Of a DNA stretch of 64,000 nucleotides, positions 18,954-29,278 are shown in pieces. The stretch is taken from IMG/VR virus record IMGVR_UViG_3300044825_001015, positions 40,845 through 104,844 of that record. One strand, 5' to 3'. The position numbers and the translations under genes are program-made. The number at the start of each line of letters is the position of its first letter. Position 1 is the stretch's first letter. Below the pieces are notes generated by a model that had not been told where the DNA came from, ran no database searches, and saw only the letters and a list, made by a program, of their open reading frames with translations. This DNA comes from a virus.

Positions 18954-19232
18954 ATGAATAAAAAACTGAAGAGTTTCGGAATGCAGGGACAGATTAATGA
19001 TGATGCTGCTATTCCAAGGTTAAGATCTCAATATGAAGCATTAATAGAATCAGACATGAGAGAGCAAGGATACGTCCCGATACTTGACCTAGAAACTCAG
19101 TTTTCTTTATCATATGTTGAAGAAAAAGACTTGTATGAATTTGATCTAATAGTGTATGGTATATATGTGGGAAAGAAAAAGTCTCACATGTATGAAGGTT
19201 TCTCAGGACAAACATTAGTCCCTAAAAAATAA
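18954..19232 (+). CDS. Hypothetical protein
   Basis: ORF between helicase and primase. Confidence 0.6.
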   Translation: MNKKLKSFGMQGQINDDAAIPRLRSQYEALIESDMREQGYVPILDLETQFSLSYVEEKDLYEFDLIVYGIYVGKKKSHMYEGFSGQTLVPKK

Positions 19233-19240
19233 GGAAATAA

Positions 19241-20200
19241 ATGCTATTGGAAACTTACAGTCCCTCGCATATGCGAGCCATAGTAAGGCAACTTGGCCTA
19301 CATGTTGTAAGTGAAACCTCTAATGACTTTTTATGTCTATGCCCATTTCATGGAAATAGGCATACACCATCATTCTCAGTAAGTCATCAAAAGGGTTTAT
19401 ACCTCTGCTTTAATCCATCATGCGGTGCTAGTGGAACTATTGTAGAGTTGGTAAAGAATATGACTAAGAGAAATGAATATGAGGCTCTTAGATTTATTCT
19501 TTCTGCCCAAGTAGAAGCCGCAGCGCACTTTGAGGATGAGTTAGCAGAGATACTTGATGATAAGCCTGAATACACCGACTTTGACCAGAATGTCTTAGAT
19601 CGCCTATATTCTCAAATGAATGATAGGGCAAGAGAATACCTTAATGGACGAGGTATTGATGATGAGTCCATTGATCATTTTAAACTAGGATACTCTGCTA
19701 GCCAGGACATGGTTATTGTTCCAGTACATTCACCAGATGGAATTCCTGTGGGTCTTGTAGGAAGATCAATAGAAGGCAAATCCTTTAAGAACAGTACTGG
19801 ATTGCCAAGAAATAAAACTATGTTTAATATCCATCGTGCTAAGAGAATGGGTGGATCAGTAATAATTGTGGAGTCTTCTTTCGATGCAATTAGAGTTCAT
19901 CAGTCTGGGTATCCAAATGTTGTGGCTACACTAGGAGGATTCATGTCAAAAATCAATATGCAGAATCTGAATAGGAACTTTACTAAAATAATAATTATGA
20001 CTGACGCTGATCAGGCTGGAAGAGAACTTGGTAAAAATATAGCAGAGACTTTAAAGAATAAAGAAATCTTGTGGGCACACTATTCAAATGATATTCTATA
20101 TCCACATGACGCAAAAGATGTAGGGGACATGACAGAAGAAGAGATTAGAATTTGCATAGAAAATTCCCTTGCCGATTACGAATACAGAATGGTACAATAG
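19241..20200 (+). CDS. dnaG: DNA primase (CHC2 Zn finger plus TOPRIM)
   Basis: CPFH..TPSF..C..C; VESSFDA; DADQAG; KDVGD. Confidence 0.92.
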   Translation: MLLETYSPSHMRAIVRQLGLHVVSETSNDFLCLCPFHGNRHTPSFSVSHQKGLYLCFNPSCGASGTIVELVKNMTKRNEYEALRFILSAQVEAAAHFEDELAEILDDKPEYTDFDQNVLDRLYSQMNDRAREYLNGRGIDDESIDHFKLGYSASQDMVIVPVHSPDGIPVGLVGRSIEGKSFKNSTGLPRNKTMFNIHRAKRMGGSVIIVESSFDAIRVHQSGYPNVVATLGGFMSKINMQNLNRNFTKIIIMTDADQAGRELGKNIAETLKNKEILWAHYSNDILYPHDAKDVGDMTEEEIRICIENSLADYEYRMVQ

Positions 20201-20244
20201 ATATACAGGGCATCCTATAGCCCAATACACTTAGGAGATATATT

Positions 20245-20910
20245 ATGGGATTAGTAAAAGGTCTTAAGGCCATGAACCAAACAATTGATCGCCCCGCTGC
20301 TTCTTCAGACGGCCCTCGCGGTCGCTGGCTAAAGTTGAACGATGGTCAGAGTGTTAAGATTAAATTTCTTCAGGAACTAGATCCTGATTCACCAAATTAC
20401 AATGATAAGGCTGGACTAGCATTTATTGCTGTTGAGCATACCAACCCATCCGATTACCGTCGCAAGGCTCTTTGTAGCATTGAAGATCAGGGTCGTTGCT
20501 TTGGATGCGAAATGCATCGTCGTGACCCCAAGGCTGGATGGAAGGGCCGTAGCCGACTCTACTGCAACATTCTTGTAAATGATGGTAATGAAGATCCATA
20601 CGTTGCAATTTTCTCTCAGGGTACTGGACCAAAGTCAGCAACGCCTGAGATTATTCAATATGCTGGAGAGACTGGAAGCATTACTTCCAACACCTGGCGA
20701 TTGAAGCGCACAGGTGAGCGCACAGATACAAACTACAGCATTATTCCTCTACCTACTGATTCAGATCCAGTAGATATTGATGAACTAGAACTGTTCGATC
20801 TTGAGAAGTTGGCAGTTCGTGATGTTCCTTACGATGAGCAAGAATCCTTCTACACAGGTGTTTCTGGTGGAGAAGAGAGCGGTTCATCATCATCAAATGT
20901 TGAATGGTAA
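20245..20910 (+). CDS. ssb: Single-stranded DNA-binding protein (gp32-like)
   Basis: Position between primase and polymerase; RTGERTDTNY; acidic C-terminus ending in W. Confidence 0.75.
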   Translation: MGLVKGLKAMNQTIDRPAASSDGPRGRWLKLNDGQSVKIKFLQELDPDSPNYNDKAGLAFIAVEHTNPSDYRRKALCSIEDQGRCFGCEMHRRDPKAGWKGRSRLYCNILVNDGNEDPYVAIFSQGTGPKSATPEIIQYAGETGSITSNTWRLKRTGERTDTNYSIIPLPTDSDPVDIDELELFDLEKLAVRDVPYDEQESFYTGVSGGEESGSSSSNVEW

Positions 20911-20926
20911 ATAGAAGATATGCTAC

Positions 20927-20954
20927 GCTAGGGCGGTAGAAATACCGCCCTAGC
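20927..20954 (+). terminator. 12-bp perfect GC-rich hairpin with GAAA tetraloop (terminator, attenuator or stabiliser)
   Basis: GCTAGGGCGGTA-GAAA-TACCGCCCTAGC between ssb and dnaE; no U-tract. Confidence 0.6.
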
Positions 20955-20971
20955 AGCATTATAGGAGACAA

Positions 20972-23900
20972 GTGACTGATTTAGTACATCTACATGTTCA
21001 TAGCCATTACAGTCTAATGGATGGCCTTTCCTCACCAGCAGAATTACTCGCTGCAGCAAAGGATCTTGGACAGACGGCTCTCGCTGTGACAGATCATGGC
21101 ACACTATCTTCCCACCGCGATATGCAGAAATCAGCACGCGAGGCGGGACTAAAGCCAATCCTAGGTGTAGAGGCTTATATCTCAGAGACAGACAGATTCG
21201 ACAAGCGAGATATTAAGAGTCGTGACGATAATACTCAGGTATTCAATCATATTATCCTTCTGGCTAAGGACCAGGCTGGTCTTCAGAATCTTCAGAAGTT
21301 ATCTGAGTTAGCGTGGAATGAAGGATTCTACCGCAAGCCGCGCATCGACTTTGAAGTCTTGAGTGATTATGGTGATGGCCTTATTGTCCTGTCGGGATGC
21401 CTTAATGGGCTTATTTCTAAGGCTATCCAGCGAGGCGATGAGGCCAAGGCCCGTGATATGCTTAGATTCTTTAAGAATCGATTCAATGATGACTTCTACA
21501 TGGAAGTTCAGCCACATAATCCTCCAGAGATTAATCATGCTCTTCTTAATCTGGCTGACGAGTTTAAGATCAAACCAGTAACTACTTCAGACTGCCATTT
21601 TGCGCGGGAAGATCAAAGAGCCGTAGAAGAAGCCCTACTTATCCTTTCTACTAAGCCTAATATGAATAAGGATGCATCTTACGCATCTGGCAAGCAGATC
21701 AAGGATGTATTCGAACGTCTTAACCACCTGTATCCAGAGCGCCCGATTTCCTTTGAGGGGTGGGACTTGTTCATCCAGAGTCGCCTAGATATCGACACAT
21801 GGTATAAGAAGTCTGGGATTGATCGTACCGATATCTACGAAAGCACGCTGGAGATTGCAGATAAGATCGGGGAATACGAATATTACGAAAACCTATCCCT
21901 GCTCCCACAGCCTAAGAAAGATCCTAATGTTCAGTTAGCAGAGATGTGTGGGTATGAACTTAGAGCAAAGGGGCTGGAGGCTGAAGAATACATTAATAGA
22001 CTTAATGAAGAATTAGAGGTAATTAAGGACAAGGACTTTGCCTCCTACTTCTTAGTTGTTGCAGATATGATTCAGTATGCTAAGAAGAACAATATTTTAG
22101 TGGGTCCAGGACGAGGATCAGCAGCAGGATCACTAGTATGCTACTTGCTTGGAATCACAGAAGTAGATCCTATTGAGTATGATTTACTGTTCTTCCGATT
22201 TATTAACCCAGAACGAAACGATTTCCCAGATATTGATACAGACTTTATGGATCGCCGTCGTAACGAGGTTAAGGAATACCTACGCAAAAAATTTAAAAAC
22301 GTTGCTAGTATTTCTACCTTCCAATATTTTAAGGACAAGGGTGTCGTTCGTGATGCTTCTCGCGTATTTGCAGTACCACTAGGAGATGTAAACAAGGCTC
22401 TAAAGGGTATTGAGACTTGGGAAGATTTTGAATCAAATCCAAATACTAGATGGTTCCGCGATAAGTATCCAGAAGTTACAGATTTGGCTAGCAAACTTCG
22501 TGGAAGAATTCGCGCAGTTGGAGTTCATGCTGCAGGAGTGGTTGTTGCAAAGGAGCCTATTTCTAAGTACGCTCCTATGGAAACTAGAAGTGACACTAAC
22601 GACAAGGTAAGTGGTCGCGTTCCAGTAGTTGCATATGACATGGAGCAAGCAGCGGATATTGGATTGATTAAACTAGACGCCCTTGGCCTTAAAACTCTTT
22701 CAGTAGTTAAAGACACTCTAGACATTATCAAGGATAGGACTGGTAAAGATATTGACTTGCATTCAATATCTTTAGATGATGAATTAGTTTATCAAGACCT
22801 ATCTAATGGTTTTACCAAGGGTGTGTTCCAGGCAGAGGCAACTCCGTATACTAATTTGCTAATTAAGATGGGTGTAGAAAGATTTGAGGATTTAGTAGCC
22901 TCTAATGCACTTGTTCGCCCTGGCGCTATGAATACTGTAGGCGCTGCATATATCGCTCGTAAGCAGGGTAGAGAGCAAATTAAATATGTTCATGAGATAA
23001 TGCGTCCTTTCACAGAACGAACATATGGTGTTATCATATATCAGGAGCAAGTTATGCAGGCTTGTGTTTACCTAGGTGGTATGACATGGGCAGAAGCAGA
23101 TAAGGTCCGAAAAATTATTGGTAAGAAAAAGGATGCAAAAGAGTTTGAACAGTTCAGAGAAAAATTTGTTTCTGGCGCTACAAAGCACATTAGCCAAGAG
23201 GCGGCAGAACATCTTTGGCACGATTTTGAGGCCCATGCTGGATATTCCTTTAACCGCTCTCACGCCGTTGCGTACTCCATGCTCTCTTATTGGACGGCTT
23301 GGCTCAAACATTATTACCCACTTGAATTCATTTTCGCAATACTCAAAAATGAGGGAGACAAGGATGCGAGAACAGAATACTTACTGGAGGCTAAAAGGCT
23401 AGGTCTTAAAGTGCTTCTCCCACATGTTAATGAATCTGACATAGATTTTAGTTTACAGGGAGATAGCATTAGATTTGGCTTGGCAGATATTAAATTTATT
23501 TCAGAGTCTATTAGTAATAAGTTAATTGCAGCAAGGCCATTTAAGAATTACGAACAACTATTAGAGTTCTCTAAGGCAAAGGGTAGCGGAGTAAATAGTC
23601 GTGCTATCTCAGCATTAAATGCAATCGGAGCAGCAGCATTTGACGATAACCCAAGAAGTGGTAATGAATCTGAAAATTACTATGAGTATTTAAACATACC
23701 AAAGTTTGACGTAAAGGGTCTTACTCCTTTTATCAAGAGTCAGGTGTCCCCGCTTGAAGATTTTACAGAAGATGGGTGCTATATCCTGATGGCTATGGTT
23801 AAGTCAATTAAGAAGGGAAATGGATGGTCCAGAGTAGAGTTAGTAGACGATACAGGAGCAATTGGTATTTTCCACACAGAAAATACTCAAATAGAAACAG

Positions 23901-24247
23901 GGAACATGTATTTCTTCCTAGTTGGAGACAATCGAATTCATCGATATGTTACCATAGAAGATGTAGTTGAAAGAAAGGCAGACCCATTCGTAGAGTTTTT
24001 ATACATGGAAGATACACTCGCTGGTGATGGCGAGAAGTATATTGTTGATTTTACAAACTACAAGACTAAGGCTGGGAAAATGATGGCCCACGTTATAGTT
24101 GCCAATGGTCAAAAAGAAATGCAGAGGCTTATTGTTTTCCCCAAATTATATCCAGTTGCGTTAGGTAAAATGAAGGCTGGAACAATTGTAGACCTTAATA
24201 TTGGAAAAATGGAAGATGGAACACTAACAGTAAGGAGTGTAGGATGA
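20972..24247 (+). CDS. dnaE: DNA polymerase III alpha subunit
   Basis: PHP motifs HLHVHSHYS, TDHG, SDCH; GRGSAAGS; PDIDTD; GYSFNRSHA. Confidence 0.97.
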   Translation: MTDLVHLHVHSHYSLMDGLSSPAELLAAAKDLGQTALAVTDHGTLSSHRDMQKSAREAGLKPILGVEAYISETDRFDKRDIKSRDDNTQVFNHIILLAKDQAGLQNLQKLSELAWNEGFYRKPRIDFEVLSDYGDGLIVLSGCLNGLISKAIQRGDEAKARDMLRFFKNRFNDDFYMEVQPHNPPEINHALLNLADEFKIKPVTTSDCHFAREDQRAVEEALLILSTKPNMNKDASYASGKQIKDVFERLNHLYPERPISFEGWDLFIQSRLDIDTWYKKSGIDRTDIYESTLEIADKIGEYEYYENLSLLPQPKKDPNVQLAEMCGYELRAKGLEAEEYINRLNEELEVIKDKDFASYFLVVADMIQYAKKNNILVGPGRGSAAGSLVCYLLGITEVDPIEYDLLFFRFINPERNDFPDIDTDFMDRRRNEVKEYLRKKFKNVASISTFQYFKDKGVVRDASRVFAVPLGDVNKALKGIETWEDFESNPNTRWFRDKYPEVTDLASKLRGRIRAVGVHAAGVVVAKEPISKYAPMETRSDTNDKVSGRVPVVAYDMEQAADIGLIKLDALGLKTLSVVKDTLDIIKDRTGKDIDLHSISLDDELVYQDLSNGFTKGVFQAEATPYTNLLIKMGVERFEDLVASNALVRPGAMNTVGAAYIARKQGREQIKYVHEIMRPFTERTYGVIIYQEQVMQACVYLGGMTWAEADKVRKIIGKKKDAKEFEQFREKFVSGATKHISQEAAEHLWHDFEAHAGYSFNRSHAVAYSMLSYWTAWLKHYYPLEFIFAILKNEGDKDARTEYLLEAKRLGLKVLLPHVNESDIDFSLQGDSIRFGLADIKFISESISNKLIAARPFKNYEQLLEFSKAKGSGVNSRAISALNAIGAAAFDDNPRSGNESENYYEYLNIPKFDVKGLTPFIKSQVSPLEDFTEDGCYILMAMVKSIKKGNGWSRVELVDDTGAIGIFHTENTQIETGNMYFFLVGDNRIHRYVTIEDVVERKADPFVEFLYMEDTLAGDGEKYIVDFTNYKTKAGKMMAHVIVANGQKEMQRLIVFPKLYPVALGKMKAGTIVDLNIGKMEDGTLTVRSVG

Positions 24248-24456
24248 CACCAGATCAAATTGTAGAAATGAACTTAGGAAAAATTCTTACTGCTATTATG
24301 AAGCAGTACGATAGATTAATAATTGATCCTAAGTTTATGATTGAAGAAGATGAAGTACTTTATAAATTAGTTATAGACTTTAATGATGAGACACAAATGT
24401 TTGAGTTGAGTATTACAGAAGATATTTTAGAGGACGATGAAGATGCATCTGGATGA
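24244..24456 (+). CDS. Hypothetical acidic protein
   Basis: ATGA overlap; SD present. Confidence 0.55.
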   Translation: MTPDQIVEMNLGKILTAIMKQYDRLIIDPKFMIEEDEVLYKLVIDFNDETQMFELSITEDILEDDEDASG

Positions 24457-24784
24457 CTTAGCAAATAGCCTTAATGAAACAGCAGTAGAAAAAGGATTTT
24501 GGACCCCATTAAGTCGTATGGAGTCAGAGGACGATTTTATCTTTTATGCAAAGCAACTTGCTATGATTCATTCTGAAGTTACTGAAGCATTAGAGGCATT
24601 GCGAAAAGATCAAGGTGATCAGAAATTTGTTGAAGAACTTGCAGACATTATTATTCGCGTTTTAGATCTATGGGCAGGAATGAATAAAATGAGAGTCAAG
24701 GAACTACCATCAATTCATAATACCCTTAGAGACAAGGCTTTATTAAATAAAGGAAGAGAAAAACTGCACGGCGTCCGTGGATGA
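24437..24784 (+). CDS. MazG-like NTP pyrophosphohydrolase
   Basis: IHSEVTEALEA...EELADIIIRVLD. Confidence 0.85.
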   Translation: MKMHLDDLANSLNETAVEKGFWTPLSRMESEDDFIFYAKQLAMIHSEVTEALEALRKDQGDQKFVEELADIIIRVLDLWAGMNKMRVKELPSIHNTLRDKALLNKGREKLHGVRG

Positions 24785-24953
24785 TATAATAGATATATAA
24801 TGGAAGGCTATGTCCTGACAGGTGTAGAAGAAGAATACCTTCTTGTAATAAAGTCGGAAGACTATGAAACTATACTCTATCTTATTGACAGAATAGCCGC
24901 TAGCAGACGAAAAGAATTTAAAGAGTTTGCCCTAGAATTAGAAAAGAGTTTAA

Positions 24954-25952
24954 ATGATGATGGTCGCAGAAGAAATTCTAGCGAAATTAGATCCAAAGAC
25001 AAGACAAAGAATTCAAATAGCAACAGAGGTAGACGTACAAAAACAGCCTACCCCAAGCATCGGTCTAAACCAGGCTCTTAAGGGTGGCCTTGGGTATGGT
25101 CGCCAAGTTCTAGTTTGGGGAAATAAAAGTGCTGGCAAGTCCTCCTTTTGCCTACAAATGATAGGTATGGCTCAAAAAGAGGGAAAAACATGCGCCTGGA
25201 TTGATTCAGAATCTTCTTATTCAGCAGAGTGGGCCTCCAGTCTTGGAGTAGATTCATCTAACGTTATTTATTCACCAGCAAAGACTATTAATGATATGGT
25301 GGATGTTGGAACAGGGTTGATGGAGGCTGGAGTAGACATTATTGTTGTAGACTCTATCTCAGCCCTACTCCCAGCCATCTACTTTGATAAAGACGGTGAC
25401 GAACTAAAACAACTGCAAGATACAAAGCAAATTGGTGCAGAGGCTAAGGATATGACACATGCTGTTAAGATGTTGAACTATGCTAACAAAAATACTTTGC
25501 TAGTGCTTATTAGTCAGCAGAGGAATCAATTTGGAAGTATGCACGCATCTCATATCCCAACAGGAGGCATGGCTGTTAAGTTCTTTTCTAGTACAGTAAT
25601 TAAACTATGGTCTTCAGAAGCAGAAGCAAATCAGATTAAGGATGATGTTCAAGTTGGGGACAAGTTAATTCAGCAAAAGGTTGGTCGCCCAGTAAATTGG
25701 ATTATTGATTATAATAAACTTGGACCGCCAAATCTTTCTGGTCAATATGACTTTTACTATCAAGGATCTCATGTTGGTGTAGATAGAGTGGCAGAAGTTT
25801 TAGACGTAGCAGAAATGATGGGCAAGGTGGAGCGAGGAGGAGCCTGGTATACAGTACTTGGGGAGAGGCTTCAAGGTAGAGCAAAGGCTGTCCAGTATCT
25901 TAGAGAAAATCCTGAAGTGGTAGATACCTTGGAGTCAATGATTTATGGCTGA
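24954..25952 (+). CDS. recA: RecA-like recombinase
   Basis: Walker A GNKSAGKS, WIDSE, IVVDSISAL, GGMAVKFFSS, GGAWY. Confidence 0.92.
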   Translation: MMMVAEEILAKLDPKTRQRIQIATEVDVQKQPTPSIGLNQALKGGLGYGRQVLVWGNKSAGKSSFCLQMIGMAQKEGKTCAWIDSESSYSAEWASSLGVDSSNVIYSPAKTINDMVDVGTGLMEAGVDIIVVDSISALLPAIYFDKDGDELKQLQDTKQIGAEAKDMTHAVKMLNYANKNTLLVLISQQRNQFGSMHASHIPTGGMAVKFFSSTVIKLWSSEAEANQIKDDVQVGDKLIQQKVGRPVNWIIDYNKLGPPNLSGQYDFYYQGSHVGVDRVAEVLDVAEMMGKVERGGAWYTVLGERLQGRAKAVQYLRENPEVVDTLESMIYG

Positions 25953-26124
25953 GTCCCTAGAAGATTTCCTTGGCATTAATAAAAAATCTAAGTCTATACA
26001 TGCAAGCGGTTCTTTATCATGTCAGGAATGTGATGAAATCGTATCAGAAGGATACATAGATGAAGAAACTATGATACTTACTTATCAATGTTCACGCGGT
26101 CATGATTCTAGGGTCAAGTTGTAA
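25945..26124 (+). CDS. Small Zn-finger protein (not in the ORF track)
   Basis: CQEC...CSRGH. Confidence 0.55.
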   Translation: MAESLEDFLGINKKSKSIHASGSLSCQECDEIVSEGYIDEETMILTYQCSRGHDSRVKL

Positions 26125-26435
26125 TGTCTGAAGCAAATGAAGTAAAAAGAGATAACGCAAGGGCTCAAAAAAATTCTGGTCGTGGTCAGTATCAGAAGGG
26201 TGATGCAAAGTGGTATAACTTTGTAGTAGATTACAAAGAAACTGCAAAGTCTGTCTCTGTAAATAAAGATATGTGGGCAAAAATATGTACTGATACATTT
26301 CGTGTAGATAGAAATATGCATCCACTTCTTAAATTAATAATTGGTGAGGGGTCTTCAAAGGTACGCCTTGCAATAGTAGAGTGGGAAGTTTTAGAAGAAT
26401 TGGTAGAGGCTTATGAACGTGATAGAAACAGTTAG
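26124..26435 (+). CDS. PD-(D/E)XK nuclease, Holliday-junction-resolvase-like
   Basis: NSGRG..KGDA....VDYKE. Confidence 0.65.
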   Translation: MSEANEVKRDNARAQKNSGRGQYQKGDAKWYNFVVDYKETAKSVSVNKDMWAKICTDTFRVDRNMHPLLKLIIGEGSSKVRLAIVEWEVLEELVEAYERDRNS

Positions 26436-26730
26436 TGAGATTACAGAGTTTAATGAACTCTCAGAGTATATGCAGGACCCAGACTTAGATCAGGCCATGG
26501 AGTTAATCATCAAGTTGATTGCCAAGCCAGATGTTCCAGCAGCAAAGGCTCCAGAGATTATTACCCGCCTTCAGGCTATCGCTGCCAAGTTAGCAATCAT
26601 GTCTAGGTACTACACGACCTTTGAGAAGGGGCCAGAAGCCTCTAAGAAAAAGAACGTATACTACACAACAGCAGAAGCAATTAATAAGTTAGTAGATGCG
26701 CTCAAATACAATGCGAGGTTTGGCCTGTGA
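26413..26730 (+). CDS. Hypothetical helical protein
   Basis: Operon packing. Confidence 0.55.
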   Translation: MNVIETVSEITEFNELSEYMQDPDLDQAMELIIKLIAKPDVPAAKAPEIITRLQAIAAKLAIMSRYYTTFEKGPEASKKKNVYYTTAEAINKLVDALKYNARFGL

Positions 26731-27512
26731 GTAAGAACGTAGTTAAAAGTTTAAAGTTTAAAAAGGTAGATGGATTCGACTATGCTGAATTCTCTAAACT
26801 TATTGATGATGCATATAACAAGCGTCGTCGCGGTAAGCGTGACATGCAGAAAAAAACTTTTAGTCCTAGTACAGTAGGATATGGTCATGGTAATTGTCCT
26901 CGCTACTGGTTTATCGCTTTTAACGGAGAGGAATTTGACGAGAAATTTGATGCTACTGCCATAGCAAATATGTTAAATGGCACATATGCACATGAACGCT
27001 TACAAAAAATTATAGAAGAAACTGGAGTTCTTAAGGAAACTGAGCGTGAGATTGTATCAGAAGATCCACCGATTAGAGGCTTTGCTGATGTTGTGCTGGA
27101 CTGGAATGATACAGAAATCATTGGCGAAATAAAGACTACTAAGGAAGAGCAATTTATCCATAGACAGTCATCTATGAAGCCCTCGTCAAACCATCTTCTA
27201 CAGATACTAACTTATATGAAGGTGGAGGGTGCGTCAGAAGGATTCTTGTTGTATGAGAATAAGAATACTCAAGAGATCTGTATCATCCCTGTTAGCATGA
27301 ATAAGAGAAATGAAAAAATAATAGACGAAGTATTTGAATGGATGCGTGAAGTCTATTCTATGTATATCGCTAATATTGTTCCATCAAGAGGGTTCGCCAA
27401 AACATCCTATGCTTGTGCTAATTGTCCAGTAAAAAAGCATTGCTGGGCAGCAAAAAATAACAAGTATGGTGATGGCGTAGACGCAATAAAGGTGTTGGTT
27501 CCTCCAAAATGA
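26727..27512 (+). CDS. Cas4/RecB-like exonuclease
   Basis: CPRY; GTYAHE; GFAD..EIKT; QILTY; C..CP....C Fe-S cysteines. Confidence 0.85.
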   Translation: MSKNVVKSLKFKKVDGFDYAEFSKLIDDAYNKRRRGKRDMQKKTFSPSTVGYGHGNCPRYWFIAFNGEEFDEKFDATAIANMLNGTYAHERLQKIIEETGVLKETEREIVSEDPPIRGFADVVLDWNDTEIIGEIKTTKEEQFIHRQSSMKPSSNHLLQILTYMKVEGASEGFLLYENKNTQEICIIPVSMNKRNEKIIDEVFEWMREVYSMYIANIVPSRGFAKTSYACANCPVKKHCWAAKNNKYGDGVDAIKVLVPPK

Positions 27513-27793
27513 TTTGTGCAAATGACGGATGCGTTAACGAATTTATAAAAACTACACACAATCAAAAATACTGCTCTGATGAATGTTGCAGAATTGCTAC
27601 AAATAAAAAAATCAGGGAAAAGTATTATGAAGAAAAAAATAGACTTGCTGGTAAAAAAAGACAATGCTCAAATCGTGGCTGTAAAAACCAATTAAGCAGA
27701 TACAATGAAAACAAGATATGCAACGAGTGTGTTGCTAAAGAAGAAGCAAAAAATAAAAATGAACTATTAAGGATATTCAATGTCGATTGCTAA
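27509..27793 (+). CDS. Cys-rich Zn-finger protein
   Basis: CANDGC..QKYCSDECC..CSNRGC..CNEC. Confidence 0.6.
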   Translation: MICANDGCVNEFIKTTHNQKYCSDECCRIATNKKIREKYYEEKNRLAGKKRQCSNRGCKNQLSRYNENKICNECVAKEEAKNKNELLRIFNVDC

Positions 27794-28340
27794 ATTGGCT
27801 AAGTCTAACGATACGCGGGTACTTGGGATAGATGCAAGCACAAGATCAGTAGCGTTCTGCCTTTTCGATAATAAAGTTCCTATAAAGTGGGGAGAGGTAT
27901 TTTTTGAAGGCGGTGATGTTTATGAGCGTATACTTGATGCAAAGAAAAAGGTTAGATCAATATCTAAAGCATTCCCGTCTGACTTTGTGGCAATTGAAGC
28001 AGCAGTAATGGTTCGTAGTGCTAATACTGGTTTAAAGATGGCATATATTTTTGGTGCTATAATGGGTGAGTTAGTAGACGATGGCAGAAAGGTTGTTGAA
28101 GTACACCCAATAACTTGGCAGTCATTTATAGGAAATAAAAATTTTACTAAGGATCAAAAGGCTGCTGTAAAAAAGTCTTTCCCAGGTAAAACTGAAAACT
28201 GGTATAAAAATAAAATTAGAGAAATTAGAAAGCAAAAAACTATAGACTTCTGTAAAGAACTTGGCGTGTTTGTAGAAAGCGATAATGTGGCAGACGCCTG
28301 CGGAATCGGCTGGTACGCTGCTAATAACATGGTGAGATAA
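27780..28340 (+). CDS. ruvC: RuvC-like resolvase
   Basis: VLGIDAS, AIE, DNVADACGI. Confidence 0.8.
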   Translation: MSIAKLAKSNDTRVLGIDASTRSVAFCLFDNKVPIKWGEVFFEGGDVYERILDAKKKVRSISKAFPSDFVAIEAAVMVRSANTGLKMAYIFGAIMGELVDDGRKVVEVHPITWQSFIGNKNFTKDQKAAVKKSFPGKTENWYKNKIREIRKQKTIDFCKELGVFVESDNVADACGIGWYAANNMVR

Positions 28341-28502
28341 ATGAAATTATATGAAGATATAAATTGGTTAAAAAAAAGATATGTGGTAGAGAAAAAGACA
28401 ACTCTGCAAATGGCTAAAGAGGCAGGATGCTCTCATATGACTATTCAAAGGGCACTAGAAAAATATGGACTTATTAAAAATCAAAGAAAGTGGACTAAGT
28501 GA
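28341..28502 (+). CDS. Small HTH protein (not in the ORF track)
   Basis: WLKKRY..TTLQMAKEAGCSHMTIQRAL. Confidence 0.65.
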   Translation: MKLYEDINWLKKRYVVEKKTTLQMAKEAGCSHMTIQRALEKYGLIKNQRKWTK

Positions 28503-29278
28503 TTCCTAAAAAAATTTGGCAGACTTATAGAACAGAATATTCTGAACTGCCTGATTACGCAAAAGAGGCAGCCGAGACTTGGATAAATAAAAATCCAGAA
28601 TGGGAATATAACTATTTATCAGACTCAGATGTTCTAGATTTTGTTAAAGATAACTTTGGAAATAAATGGTTAAGTATTTTTAATTCATGTCCAGTTGGAG
28701 TTATGAAAGCAGATATATGGAGAATAATGACTCTATATGTGAACGGTGGAATATACACGGACCTTGATACAATATGCCATGTTCCCATCGATACTTGGAT
28801 TAAAAATATTCCTAATAAAAGAGTTATTTTAAATGCGGAGCATGAAATTCATATTCAACAATGGACATTCCTGTCAGAAGATAGCCATCCTCTTTTTTCT
28901 TATATGTTAGAAAATATAGAAGAGGCTTTTCATGATCCAGATTATTCAAACCCACATTTTGTCCATGCAATGACTGGTCCAGGAATATTTACTAGATCTG
29001 TTCTAGAGTTCCTTGATATGTGGGAACCTTCAGATCATGTAAATGGAGATATTTATATGGGAGATGAATATGCAAAGTTTAATATACATAAGGTAAATTT
29101 TATTGAAGATGTTGATAAAATTAATAATTTACCATCATCTATAGAAAATGAAATTTTTATTGTTCCATCTCATAGATTTTTTCACAATGAAGTATCTTCA
29201 CATTTATATGGAAGTCAGTCATGGAGTGACGGTCAGTACGCACAATGGATACTTGAAAGAGAGAAATATGCAAACTAA
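28499..29278 (+). CDS. Glycosyltransferase, GT32 / DXD (Och1-like)
   Basis: IPKKIWQT; KADIWR..LY..GGIYTDLD; TGPG. Confidence 0.85.
   Translation: MIPKKIWQTYRTEYSELPDYAKEAAETWINKNPEWEYNYLSDSDVLDFVKDNFGNKWLSIFNSCPVGVMKADIWRIMTLYVNGGIYTDLDTICHVPIDTWIKNIPNKRVILNAEHEIHIQQWTFLSEDSHPLFSYMLENIEEAFHDPDYSNPHFVHAMTGPGIFTRSVLEFLDMWEPSDHVNGDIYMGDEYAKFNIHKVNFIEDVDKINNLPSSIENEIFIVPSHRFFHNEVSSHLYGSQSWSDGQYAQWILEREKYAN

Noticed and set aside
26727-27512. Cas4-like gene as part of a CRISPR-Cas system
   Set aside because: It is a solo exonuclease in the recombination block, common in phages; no cas1/cas2 or array
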